DNA of 64,000 nucleotides. Source: Cyanophora paradoxa CCMP329 (lineage: Eukaryota > Plantae > Glaucophyta). The translations under genes were made by a program, and so were the position numbers. This document shows positions 1-12,272 of this stretch, piece by piece (the stretch's first letter is position 1; each line of letters opens with the position of its first letter). Below the pieces are notes generated by a model. The model was not told where the DNA came from. It searched no databases and saw nothing but the letters and a program-made list of their open reading frames with translations. The DNA lies in NCBI GenBank assembly GCA_004431415.1, contig QPMI01000111.1, forward strand, positions 1-64,000. Reading direction: 5' to 3'.

Positions 1-1089
1 AGCTCGCGTGGATTGATGTTCTGGCGAAGCAGTGCTGGCGTTGCGTGAGAAGGTTCTGGAGTTGAGTGCGATCCTCGGAAGGGCGTCGGGGTTCGACTCC
101 GATGGTTTCAACAGGGCGTCCACCATCGCCTTGATGGTCTCGGGCGATGGCTTTGTAGGAGGCGCAGTGTCACTCGACGGGGGCTCCATTCGAGCGTCGG
201 CATGACGGACGCGATGGGCACCGTGGGGCCGGCTGCGGGGCCAACCAGCATCGGCTCGGAGTCGAAGCGGCGAAGTGAGGCTCGAAGAAGCTGGCCAGCT
301 CCATGAGCTCCTTGTCGTTGAAGTGATTCGCCGGTTCGAGCAGTGTAAGGGGTGACGACACGTGCGACGTACGACATGAGACGCTCGCTGGCCTCGTGGG
401 ATAGCGGGATGTCGGCAGCAGCATCGACGGAGCCAACATGCGCCGCCTCGCCCTCCTTGCAGTTGGGTTCGGGCGGTCGTCGGTGGTAGACCTCCGGGTA
501 GAGGCGTCGGGCTCGGGAGATGTAGCGCCGTGGTTGCGAGCGTCGGGGTACGACAACAGGCTTGAAGTTCTCATAGATTTGCGCGGCTACGGAAGAGATC
601 GGGAATGTCAGTTGTTGTTGAGGTGTCCAGGAGCTGTAACACCCTTGGGGTAGGTCTCGACATTCTCGTGTGGACGGAATTCGGACTCCGGCCAAGTCCC
701 GAATTCAGTCTCCGCAATCACAGTTCCGGCTCGCAGGCGGACAGGCCGCCTGTGAGGGTTGCAGATCTGCACGAAAAACGTGCCGTGTGCTGGGTTGCGG
801 TGAATTTGGTATGGCACCAAGAATTCGACTTCGTCGGCTCCGTCGAAGCCGTCGTCGTCGAGGAGGAGTGGTGGCGGAGTGAGGAGGACTTCCGGTGCGC
901 CGAGAGTCGTGTTCGAAGTCGTTTGTGGCGTGTAACATCGAACGAGCGATTCACCCGGCCGTACAGTGATGTCCTTCGCCAATCGGACCAGAACGCCGCC
1001 GTCGTGCTGGCCCGTAGCCGAAAAGGGACGTGGAATCGTTCGCCATCCGAGGAGTCAGGCGACGTGATCGTCATTCCCCAATTGCTGGG

Positions 1090-1480
1090 TCGAGCACGAT
1101 GTGAGCGTTGAGCGCCACAGCGTTTGTGAGGCCGAGTAGCATTGGAGTGTTTGCCCATGAGACCAGGCGCGACGACGAGGACCTTCCGCGGAATTGTGAC
1201 CGGACCAACCTTAATTGCAATGAATGCGATGCGCGCATAGGCAGTCATGTCCGTTCCAAAGCCGGTGAGGTGCACGCGCGGAGCGTTGCTGTAGCGAGGC
1301 CTGGCAGTTTGTCGGCGATACTGCCGTCGAGTACGTCCGCAGCGGCTCCTGTATCCACCATGCCTTGGTGAGGAGGTATTGAAGGACTTGTCGTCGGTGA
1401 TCGATAGCGGCGATGTGCAAGTTGACGCAGATTCGGCCGTCGTTGATGCGCTCTCTGAGCGTGCGGTTCGTGTCCGTCAT
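1090..1480 (-). CDS. Retrotransposon aspartic protease (retropepsin), split by 1-nt frameshifts
   Basis: GRICVNLHI / QGMVDTGAAADVLDGSIADKL / VHLTGFG...IKVGPVTIPRKVLVV / MLLGL, spread over adjacent frames without in-frame stops at the junctions. Confidence 0.75.
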
Positions 1481-4400
1481 TCGCGCAATGGGGTGTGGTA
1501 CTGACGGGCCGCCGTCGCGAAGAGGGGAACGTCAAGGGTCCTCGACGTCGTCAAATCCCAACATGCGTGCCGCGCAGACGCGAAGCGAGGCGAGGTAGCT
1601 CTGCTCATACGGTGTGCACGGTGTCGAACCGGAGATGACGCTGGCTGGCGGAGCGGTGCCGTCCGCTTGAGGCGAGGTCGCTTCCGCGTGGTTGTCCGCC
1701 TGTGCACGTTCATGAGGACGTCCGTCGCGGCGAATGGGCGTGCCCTGCAGGGAGCTGCGACAGACGCAGCGGGGGCCGGTGATTGCGCATTGTGGCTGAA
1801 AAGTATCCGACGCCAAGGATGGGCTTGCAGTCGGCGTTGCGAGCTTGTTGAGGTGGCGGTTGCTGGCCAGCCATAGTGAATCTCGTTGATCGCGTCAACT
1901 TCGGTCCCCGCTGCGCCATCCGTCGTTCAGCCGGCCGGTAGCCAGGCTCTCCGGGGGATCGGAACGGGATGGCTTCGCGGTGGCGCGAGAGAGACGCCCG
2001 GAGATATTTGACGAGTTGGGGCCAAGCGTGGCGGAGGCGCGTGTCGCGTTGGAGTACGTGCCGCTCGTAGAACGTGTCCGTTGAGCGTCATGACTACGGA
2101 AGTCATTGTGAGGACCACGTCCCACGCCGCGAGGCCGATTGAATTGAGGATGAAGGCCGCCCGAGTGAACAAGGCGCGAGTGAAAGCGAGGTCGGCTGAC
2201 AGGCCCTGAGAGGTTGTGAAATCCCACCGAAAGTTCTCGATCTCGTGGAGCGTCTCCAGGATTGCGTGGGCGTTGAGTTGGTGAGACCGCTGAAGCGGCG
2301 ACCAGTCGTACAAGTGATAACTGGCAGCGAATTCAGGGTCCTCGAAGGCACGGTGTCGCGCGGACGTGATCCGCTCGTAGTCCGTCCCCGTCCAGAGTAG
2401 AGGAGCCAGCAGCCCATCGTGAGATCCGTCGACGTCCTGGGATTAGTGAGGTCGTTGTATGCGATCGTGTACGTGTGCTGCCGTGTGAGCGGTCCAAGGA
2501 GGCCGTGGGGGGCGAACGCGGACGACTGCACGCGCGAGGCTAGGCTCGGCGTCCCGGCCGACGGGGTCTCCGATGGAGCTACGGACTCGGCGGTGGAGCC
2601 ACCACTGTCCGAGCTGGAGTCGTCGCCGTCAGAGGTTCCCGTCGTCTCGGTCCCCGTAGGACTACGACGCGGAGGCCTGTTACTGCCAGATGGCTTGAAG
2701 ACAACACCTGGATGTGACCGAAGCGTGCCAGTCCCGTCGGCTCGTTGGTGCGCAGATCCTTGAAGTCGGTCGACCAGACGACGAAGGGTCGGACAAAGGG
2801 CTTGCGCGCAATCCCAGGGTTCCGACGAATGTACTCGTCCGTGCCCACGAGCTTGATCTTGCGTCGAGGCGCGGGTCCCAAATGTACGCGCGCGCGACTC
2901 CTCTGCCTTCGTCGTAGTGATGTAGTTCATGATGTTAGTGAAGCGCGTGCGGCCTTCGTACGGGTCGACAGGCGCGCCGTGGGGCCGTGACCAATGTAAA
3001 TGTGGGGGATCTGACGAAGGAGGCTGTCGTTGTCCGGATCGCCCAGGGAGTGACGCAGGGGGAGGACGTCGACGATCTGTACCGCCCGGTAGGCTTCGCG
3101 GCTAGTGAACGTGATGGGCCGCCTCGTCGCCGCGTCGACGGTGGCGTGATTGTAAACGAATTGTTCCAACCAACCGTGGAGTAGCGCCCGCGCCTGCGGT
3201 TCGCGACTGAAGATGGCGGCGCCGAATTCATTGTAGAATGGATCGAATGTGAAGTTGCCATATTCGGCGTGACGGAATTGCTCGTGTATGTCGGCGTATC
3301 GCTGTTCGAAATCCATAATAGCGTTGCGCACTGCGCTCGCGTTGACGTCATAGACACTGGGACGATGCGGGTGTGACGGATCGTTCGTGGGATCGAAGTC
3401 AGCGCCCCGGACTTGGGCGTTGAGTGCGTTGATGACTCCATCCGGGAGTCGGAATGCTACGGGCCAGCAGTGGTTTCGATCCATGTCGACATCTTCGCGA
3501 GCCGCCGGGGGTGTCTCGTGCTTGATCTGGACCGCCAACCAGTCGTTGGTTGCCTTGTGCAGTAGGGATTCGAAGGCTGTGATTAAATGTGCGGGTCGAC
3601 GCGTTCGCAGTCAGGGTACTCGACCTCGTACCATTTGTCGAGTTTGGCACTGCGCGCCACTTCGCCTGAAGCCGTGAAGCGGAAGTGCAGCTCATCCTCG
3701 TGGCTACGAACGTAGTCGATGATGATGTTCCCGAGTTCCCCCGGTAGGGGCTCGAGAAGAACGACAAGGCACCGTGCAGCTTGACTGCCGCCGCCAGGTA
3801 CGCTGCGATTCCGTACACCCAAGTGTGTACCGAAAGCGGGAACCCAGGACCTGGTGGACGACGGGGGGCGTTGCAGGCGCGGTGCCCGTGGGCCCGCGAC
3901 GACGCAGAGACACGACGACGCCCCCAGGGCCAGTGTAGTCATTGACGGACACCGGAAGTACTTGGGGTCGGGGCCGCACGGGTGCGGCCCCGCCGCCTCG
4001 TTTGGGGTTTCCTCGTGCCCGCGATGATCTGCTGCCAGGTGTTCCGGTTGTTCGCGTCGAAGATAGTGATGTGCGAGCGGTTCTGGATCGCGTTGGGGGC
4101 ACCGCGGCTGGGTCCGGCCGGTGCAACGTGCGTGAATCGGACGATTCGAGGGCCGCACAGGTCAGCATTGGCCGGCGTAAGAGTCATGGGCGGCGCGTTG
4201 AGGTCGTCGGGCATGGCAATCTCGTAGAAGCATCGTTCGACATCTTGACGTGAAGCGGAGTCACGGAGGTGCGCGTGGTTGTCCTCGTCGTAGATGCAGT
4301 CGAAGTAGTCGGCATACTTGTTGGCCGGGTGGAACTCGTCGGCGGCCGTGATCAGGAACGATCGGAAGGGCAGGCCCGCGCGGTTGTGCTGGCTGAGTTC

Positions 4401-7400
4401 GCCATGGCCGGGAGCACCGGCGCGGTACGGTAGGTGCCGGGGCCGACGCCGTAGCGTAGGACACGACTGAGTGCTCGCGAGAAGTTCGACCAGCGTACGT
4501 GCATCTTCATGAGGAATGGGCGCATGTACGGGACGCGCCGGAGAAATGCCTCGAGACCAGAGTCGCCGAGTAGCACGTATGGCATGTGGACCTCACCTAG
4601 GACGTGCATGTACTTCTTTGTCGTGGTGGCGGGATGAACTGGGGGTGGGTCCCGAGTCGGGATTCCCTCCAGCTCTTCGACCGGCGGCGGCTCCGGGAGC
4701 TCCTCCGGTCTGTGCCCGTCCTCCACAGTGAGCTCCTCGGTCAGATCAGCCGTCTGTCCGAACGGGGCTGGGCCTCCGAGGATGTGAGCCGCGACGGCGA
4801 AGATGTGGGGCGCGTGTCGCCCATGTTCCTGGATCGTTTTGCAGTACGCTGTGGCCAGGAAGTCCGTGTTCGTGAAGAGAAGCGGTGTCATGAAGATGTG
4901 ATAGGAGGTATCCCGTCCCGGATCAGTATCCAGAGGTAGGAAGTCACCTCCAGCTCGCGTCTCCTCGGGGCTGTATGTGCGCATGCCGTACGGGAGTGGG
5001 GGGCGAGGATTGTGGAGACGGATTGGGTACCAGTCGTTGATCGTTTGGGCGAATAATTCCCCGTTGATGTGATTGTTGCGCCGTCCAAAACCCGCATAGA
5101 ACGTGTCGCGCTCGTTCTCCGTCGAATCAGGTCGCGGTTCCCGTCGGACCATCACGCCGCTCAGATCGGCCACACTCCGTGCTGGTAGCCAGCGCCGTCG
5201 ACGACCGTGAAGCCCTTCGCCCATTCCTCGTTGAGGAAGGCCCAGAAATAGACGTCAGGAATGTCAGCGTTCTCCGAGAGTAGCACCTCCTTGAAAGGAA
5301 CAGTGTGGAGTTCGCTCAAAATTCTGGAGATGATGGAGTCGACCTCCTCGGGAGTGAGCCGGGCGGCCTTGCGCTCCTTCTTCTGCAACTTCTCGTCATT
5401 CGGTCGCTTCTCGCGGGGGCGCTTGCGCTCTGTTCCGTAGACCATAGCGCGGGCGCGAAGCCCGAAGTACGTGTTGGAGTTCCAGAAAGTGTCCTTGCTC
5501 ATGTCGTCGACAAGTCCAACGAGGAATCCCAGTCAGGAACGCGAGGCAAGATGTCGATGCCGTCCGACGTCCACTGTGTCAGGTATCCGTACTCGTCAAC
5601 GTCGCGCTCAGGGGGCCGTGGGACCGGGACGGCGAGAGGTCGGTGACGGGTACCATCGGACTGGGGAGGACAGGGAGTAGGTGATCGCGGTAGCGCGGGT
5701 AAAGCATGCAGTAGAACAGATTCAATCGATGCTCGGCGTCCAGGAGGAAGGCCCGTGTTACCGCCAAGCGCTGGGTGGTCGTAGCCTTGCTAAGTGCAGT
5801 GTCGAGTCGAGCGACGAGGCGAAGCAAGCTTGCTCGCAGTACGAGTGCTTGACTCCGTCTCGAGCTTGTACGCGCGACGCATGGCCTCGAGAGTCAGCTG
5901 GAGGATATGGGAGCGCCACGCAGTTTGCACGCCAGGAGCGCCGCCTCTTCAGGGTGCACCATTATGTAACGGTCAGAGTTGTAATAGAGCTCGACAGCTG
6001 GCTCGGGCTGCTTCGGGTGAAGACGGGGGCGTGCAGTCGCGATTCGAGACGGATCGGTTTGCCCTTCTTGGCGAGTTGACGCTTGTGCATGAACGTAGTG
6101 ATTGACATCGCGACAACGGTGGTGTCATGTAGCTCGGCGAGCCTTGCCAGCGCAGTCGTCTCCGTGACAGACGCGGCGACGACGTTCGTGAAATTTGAGG
6201 GAGGACGCCGGAGCGGTGACGGGACAGTCCGTGCCGAAGACAGTGGTGTAGGTCGGACTCGCTGACGGGGGCGTGCGCAGACGATGGACATCGCGTGCCG
6301 CGACCACTGCTAACTGGCTGTTCAGCCGGATCTCCTCCGCGAGCTCGGCGGTCGCCCGCTGGTTCGTAGCCGGGTTCGCGTCGGATTTCGGTTGAAACGG
6401 GACGTGTAGTAACGGCGCAGGAAGTTGCCGGGGCCCTCGACGTCGGCTGTGATGTTGACGAGGCGGAGTACGTTCTCGACTTGCTCGGTGAGCATTGACA
6501 GCAACGGCGCGTGACTCGTCGGCCATGGACGGTCGGAGCTCGGTGCTGGGTCACGAACGTCGTAGAGGTGAGCAAATCGGCTATCCCCGTAGCGGTCGCG
6601 CGTCTCGTCCCACTTGTAATGGTCGAAGTATGCAGCGATGTCCCACGCCCGCGCCAGGGCCGTCGAACGCATCGACAAGGCGATGTCGGGCGGCGGTGAA
6701 CCGTGTCGAAGCGTAGACAGATAGATGTCGTCAGGTCCTGTGAGCGGGCCGTGAACTTGACAGTTTGGACCAGTTGCCTGATTGTTGCAAGGCGCGTCGC
6801 CGTGTTCGTGATCTTGTCGAAGTTCAAGAACCGTTCATCGCTCTCCGTCATCTCCACGTCGTAGTGCAGCGTCCGGAGATTGCGGGCAAGGTTGACAGCC
6901 ACCTGAAGGATGCACGGTACGACTGGAGTCTTGGACTGGTGTACAAGAGTGAACTCTGTCGGTGTCAAACCAAACAGCTCCAGCATCTCTGGCCGTCCGA
7001 GGACATCGGCGAGCGGGTCGTTCGGGTGAGGCCACGTGGTCGCCGTCTCCCCAGGCGCGAAGGGCTGAGCCCGCGCGAGGCGCATGATGACGTGGATGAC
7101 GGAGCGGAATTCGGTCAGATGTTGAAGGAGGTAGTGAGCCTGGTCACTCGGGCGAGTACCCAGCAACGGTTGCCCAGTAGGCGTGTTGCTGCGGGCAGCT
7201 GCGAGGTGCATGCAGCTCGTGAGCTCGCTGGCGGCGAAGAGGGTCGGCGTCTCAGGGGTCTTGCGCCAATCCGTCGTCGTCGTTGTGACCATGAAGCGTC
7301 GCGGCGTGTCCAGGTACGCACGCAGCTGGTTGTGCACCACGGGCTTGAGGCGAAGGATCGTCCAGGCGTGGCGGTGTCCAAGGTCGGCGGCCACGTCCTT

Positions 7401-10400
7401 GATCTCGGGCTCCGAGTCGCTGGACGTGTCTTCGTCGGTGTCAGGAGGACTGTCACGGTCGTCGTGAGGGCTCGGCAAGGTCGGCGTGTCGACGATGATT
7501 CCCCTCGAAACGCGCGGGTCGCCCATGGGCACGTCCTCGGTCCTCTCAGTGCCCGACGAGTCGGCAGTCGTCGAGTCAGGCATCGACGCGTCGGTCGGTG
7601 CAGTGTAGTCGGGGTGAAGTGACGGGATCGGCAGCATCGGGGGTTGGGCCGGGCTCTGCGGCGGGCCGCCGTCACAGTCGTGGCCGGGGCTGGCGGGGCG
7701 TCGGACGGGCCAGTAGCTCAGGCGCAGGCGACGGGGCCGTCGAGACCGCAGCCACGGCCGTGGGGGACGGGACGCTGTGCGGGGTCGTCAGCGAGGTCGC
7801 CATCGCCGGTGCGATGGGCGAAGCATCTCGAGCGGCCGTCGACGAGACCGGCGTCTCGAGAGCGGGCGTCGGGGCCACCGGAGTCGTCGTCACGGGTGCA
7901 ACGGGCTGGGCGTCCGGAGTCGTCGTCGCGGGTGCAACGGGCTGGGCGTCCGGAGTGTCCGTCGACGAGGCCGTCACCTCGGGCGCAGGGGTGGGTCGTT
8001 CCGCGGGCCGGGGGCTCCGGGCGTCGGTCGGCGGTGTCACCGGTGCCGTTGGGCACGTCATGTCGTCGTCGTGGTAGTGAGGGTGGCCCGGGGTCTGGGG
8101 CCGGCTGGTATGAATCGGGAGCGCGCGGCCGCGGCCCCTGACCGTTCCCCCATGCCTCGCCGATTGGCGCGGTGGAGCCTGTGCTGCCGCAGTACGGCGA
8201 CGGGCGTCCATGGTGCGGCCACGAGCAATACCACCGATTGCAGCCTGCAAGTAGGGGGCTTGCGCCGCGGCCTGCACCGGGTCCTCTCCCTTGGCAGCTT
8301 CGGCGTCGAGGCGAGCCTGCAGTTCACGTGCGAGCTGTTCGTCGGCCAGCAGCTGCGCGTGCTTGTCGGGCGGAGTGGTCGGGGACGGCGTTCCAGGCGT
8401 GCGGCGACGAAGGATGTCTGTCAACACGTTGTGGACTTCGAGGTACCTCGCCGAAAACTGCGTCGGGTCCCGAAGTCGCGCGTTCTCGGCGGCGAGTCGC
8501 AAGTACTCCATGTCGACGTCGTTGGTTCGGAGAGTGAGATGCGGCTTAATCTTGTCCCGCTGTCGAGCCGGCCAGTCGTGTAGAACGGCAGCGACGTAAA
8601 TCGACGCCAACTTGCGGCTCACTTCCCCAGCTGCAGCGACCGTGGTCTCAGGCACCGGGTAGGGCGGAAGATCAGTTGGTGTCGGGCCGAGGCGCGTGTT
8701 CGGCTCATCGACGGGGTGCATTAACGCGTGAGCATGGTAGAACGCCGGTGCCGACAAGCAGACGGGAAGCGACGCGTTCACAGTCGTTCGCGCGAGTCGG
8801 GACGTGTCCTGCCCAGAGGTGTTGACAACTCCCGGGGCGAGAATGATTGGCCGAGTGCCTATCGGTCCAGTACTCGCGTCGCGAACGCCAGGCCGGAGGG
8901 TGCTGGCGCGGACGGTGAAGGGGCTGACGTCGACGTTAAGGAAGATGTCAGCGACCCGAGGCCAGTCGTCGTTCCCCGTCAAAGACGTCGTTCCCTGTGG
9001 GGTGATATCCATTAACAGACCGATAATCCGCAGGAAGAGCGTCTTCATTTCCATCGTCACTCCGTACAGAGCGTCGAGCGTGATGTCCGCCGGTGCATCG
9101 TCAGGTCGCAGAGTACTCGGGTACGGCGTGCGCTGGCGTGAGGTTGGCGACGGTACGGGGCAATTGCGGACGAACTCCATGTACGGCGGCGTTGTGCAGA
9201 GGCGGCAGTGCTCCTGAAGCTCGACGTTAGTCATTGTCACCGTGTTGCCCGTGGTCGAGTCGATGTACTCGTAGTAGCGGTGCGCAATGCTGATCACTGA
9301 TGCACGGAGCCGGTGGTTCACGATGACGGGTGAGCCATCGGGGCCGATGCTGCACGTGTGGCACGGTGCAGGCATGTCGACTGGCGACAGGAAGAGAAGA
9401 ATTTGCTGTCCCCCAACACTGACCATGATCTTCTCGACCGTGCGAGAGGCGAAGACGCGGTCTCCACCCTCGTGCGCATACCTCCCCGCTGCCTGGTGGC
9501 GACGAGCGATGAGCGTGATCGAGTCTTCCGCAATGTCCATCAGCATCTCGCGCAACTTCCGGTTGCGGTTGATGGGGTCATTGTCAGCCCTGTCCTCCGA
9601 CGCCTTGGGCCGCAGTACGGCGGGCGCGGGTGGAGTGGGCGTGGTCGGCGGGACGATTGGCGTCTTGTCCTCAGGGGCGAGGCCCTCTGCCGTCGCGACA
9701 GAGCTGGGTCCGGCGACGGGGTCGGTCGGAGCGTTTGCCGCGACGAAACGAGCGTAGGCGTCAGCAGCCTTTGCCGAAGTCGCGTCAGGGCCTGAGGCGA
9801 ACCGTAGCTCACCCTCGCGCTCGAGAATGTAGACGAGAAGTAGGATAGTAGACTCGACGTCGTAGCCACGGAGGTACGTGCGGAGTGTGCTCTCAACGTA
9901 ATTGACAGCGGCCGTTCGTCGGTTGGGGCGCATGAATGTTGGGCTGCGGTTCTGCGCGTCGGTGAAGGACGTCTTGACACGGTTCAGGAGGGACTCGACG
10001 ACAGCAGCTCCTGGGAGCGTCAGCGTTGTCGTAGGTGCAGGCGGCGCGTCGGTTGTGTCCATGGCGCCGTCGGTGAAAGTGAAGACACGACGGGCGCACA
10101 GAGCGTTGACGATTGCCTGAACCGTAGTGTCAACATCGAATGCCTCGAGCTCCTTACGCAGTACACTCGTGACGTGGTTGGCCGCAGCCTGCCGCGTGCG
10201 AGGCGGCGGGGCGCCCGTGTTCGTGATGGCCATCGCTGCCATTTCAACCAAGTGTAACAGCTGCTCGCCCTCAGCGCCCCGGTAGGGCCGGCGAAGCTGC
10301 TCGTTGGTGTTCGAGATGTTAGTGTTAATTGCCGCGATAGTCGTCGTCTCACGGGCGATTGCGATCCACGTGCGCAACGTTGTCACGTCATCCTCAGTGG

Positions 10401-12140
10401 CCGTGTCTGCAATGATGCGTGTGACGGCCGCATTCAGACGCTTGTGCTCACTGTGGCCTTTCGGGTTGATGAGCGGGCGGGCCGCCAGCAAGTGCCAATG
10501 CGGGTGGCTGTGGTGAGCGTGAGTGCCGTCAGCGCACGGGATGCCGGGGTTCACGTCGAGCGCCGGCGGGATCGGGAACCGCCCGTTCTTCGCGTGTCCG
10601 GAGATGTCGCGGGCGATCACAAAGAACTCCATCTCCCTGGTCGGGTCACGAACGGGGTGCGACGTAGGGAGGCTTTCAAGCGCAGCGATGAGCGCGGAGT
10701 GAGCAGTACGAAGTCCGTCATTGGGCGCGTCACGACGGTGTGCCGAGGAATGGGGCGGGCAACAAGGGTACCATTCTCCTGGCGGCCGACGACATGGGGG
10801 TGGCAGTCAGCACACGTCTCGTTGGCGAAAGACAGGTCCCGACGGCGAGGCATGTGCGCATCCTCCGTGAATACCGCGGTACGGTAATTGGAGGCCTGCG
10901 TGAAGACGGGGTACATGTTGTCGTGGGGCTTGGGGAAGCGGTGCGCGCGCGCCTCCTCCGAGTCGCCTTCCGCATCGATAGCGTTGCGGACGCGAGCCCA
11001 GCAGACACCGGGGCCCTTCGGCTCGAGGTACGTCGTGAGCATCTGGAGGGCGGGCAGTAAAGGATGGTACGCGCGTGGATCTGGCGCTGGTCGCTCGAAG
11101 GGATGCCATCACGAAGCCAGTCAGTGCACTGGATGCCGTCGACGTGCATGCGGTTGTTAACACGGCGAGTGTGCATGTTGTAAGCAACGTTGTCGAGCCA
11201 GTCAGTGCAAAGGGGTACCAAGGACTCGCAGCCCTCGACCGCCGGTAGCGAGTCGATTTCGGGCATCTTGGCGGCGGGGCCTTGTAGTTCGGGGTCGGCC
11301 GCCCACTTCCCTTCGAGACGTTCCCCTCCTGCTGCGAGGTGGCTGCGGGGAGTCGGTGCTCGATTGGAGGTTAGCGGGCCGAGTGCAGTGTCCATCGGCG
11401 ACTCTGTGACGGGTCCCCCAGGGCGCAGTACGTCCGGGTCTTCGGCTCCCGCACAGAGTCAGCGTCGGGGTTCGTGCTCTTCGCCGAGGGGCGGCCGCGA
11501 AGGTGAGCGACCTCGTGACTGCGACGCGGGCGACGGATTGATGGCGTTCGGGCGCGGGCGGTGCATACGGCCAAAGTTTCGAGTGAAGAGCGGGGTTTTC
11601 TTGGACGTGACGGGAGCCAAGGCGGCGGACATGCGAGTGTGGTCGTGCCGGCGGAGGCCAGCGTTGATGAGGTCGCGGATACTGCCGGCAGTGACGCCCC
11701 GCCGGGGCTGCGCACACCGAATTGGAACACGGGACTCGGCCGCAGTACGGCTTCCCGTTTCCATCTCTGTCGACAAGTCAGACGGGGCGGCGACGACGGC
11801 CGGTCGCGTGAGTCGACGAGGGGACGGCGACGCGGGTTCAGCGACGGGGATGGCGACGGGGACGGGGCCGTCCTCTCCGCCGCCGACGTTACCGGCTGCG
11901 TCGCCGTCGTGGCGTTGACGTCCCGAACGAAGTGCGCGATGTCCGATGCCGAGGGCTGCGTCGGCGTGATCGGGACAGTTTGCACCGGAGCGATCGGTAC
12001 CATGGCCAGGCTGTCCGTCGTAGCCTCGGTCTCCCGGCCCGAGTCAGGACCACCGGACTGCACGGCGTCTCCGTGGTCAGTCGGGCGAGGGTTCGGGGGC
12101 GGCGCGTTAGCGATGGGGCCGGTCGGGCGCGGAGACGGCG
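1481..12140 (-). CDS. Large uncharacterised coding region inside the retroelement (includes the 986-aa ORF 7672-10632 and ORFs 5973-7637, 4352-5224, 2927-3538)
   Basis: Chain of overlapping minus-strand ORFs with globular-looking segments, Cys/His clusters (CADCHPH, CHTC, HCRLC) and Pro/Thr-rich linkers. No recognisable family. Confidence 0.5.
7880..7957. repeat. 36-bp tandem repeat (about 2 copies) encoding TTTPDAQPVAP
   Basis: CGGAGTCGTCGTC(A/G)CGGGTGCAACGGGCTGGGCGTC repeated directly. Confidence 0.85.
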
Positions 12141-12272
12141 CGTCAGCAACGGAGCCAGTCGGGCGCGAAGCAGCGCGTCAGTGACGGGGCCAGCCGGGCG
12201 CGAAGACGGCGCGTCAACAACGGGCCAGTCGGGCGCGAAGACGGCGCGTCAACAACGGGGCCAGTCGGGCGC
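12117..12272. repeat. About 35-bp degenerate tandem repeat (about 4 copies) after the Gag RGG region
   Basis: Units of CCAGTCGGGCGCGAAGACGGCGCGTCAACAACGGG. Confidence 0.8.
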
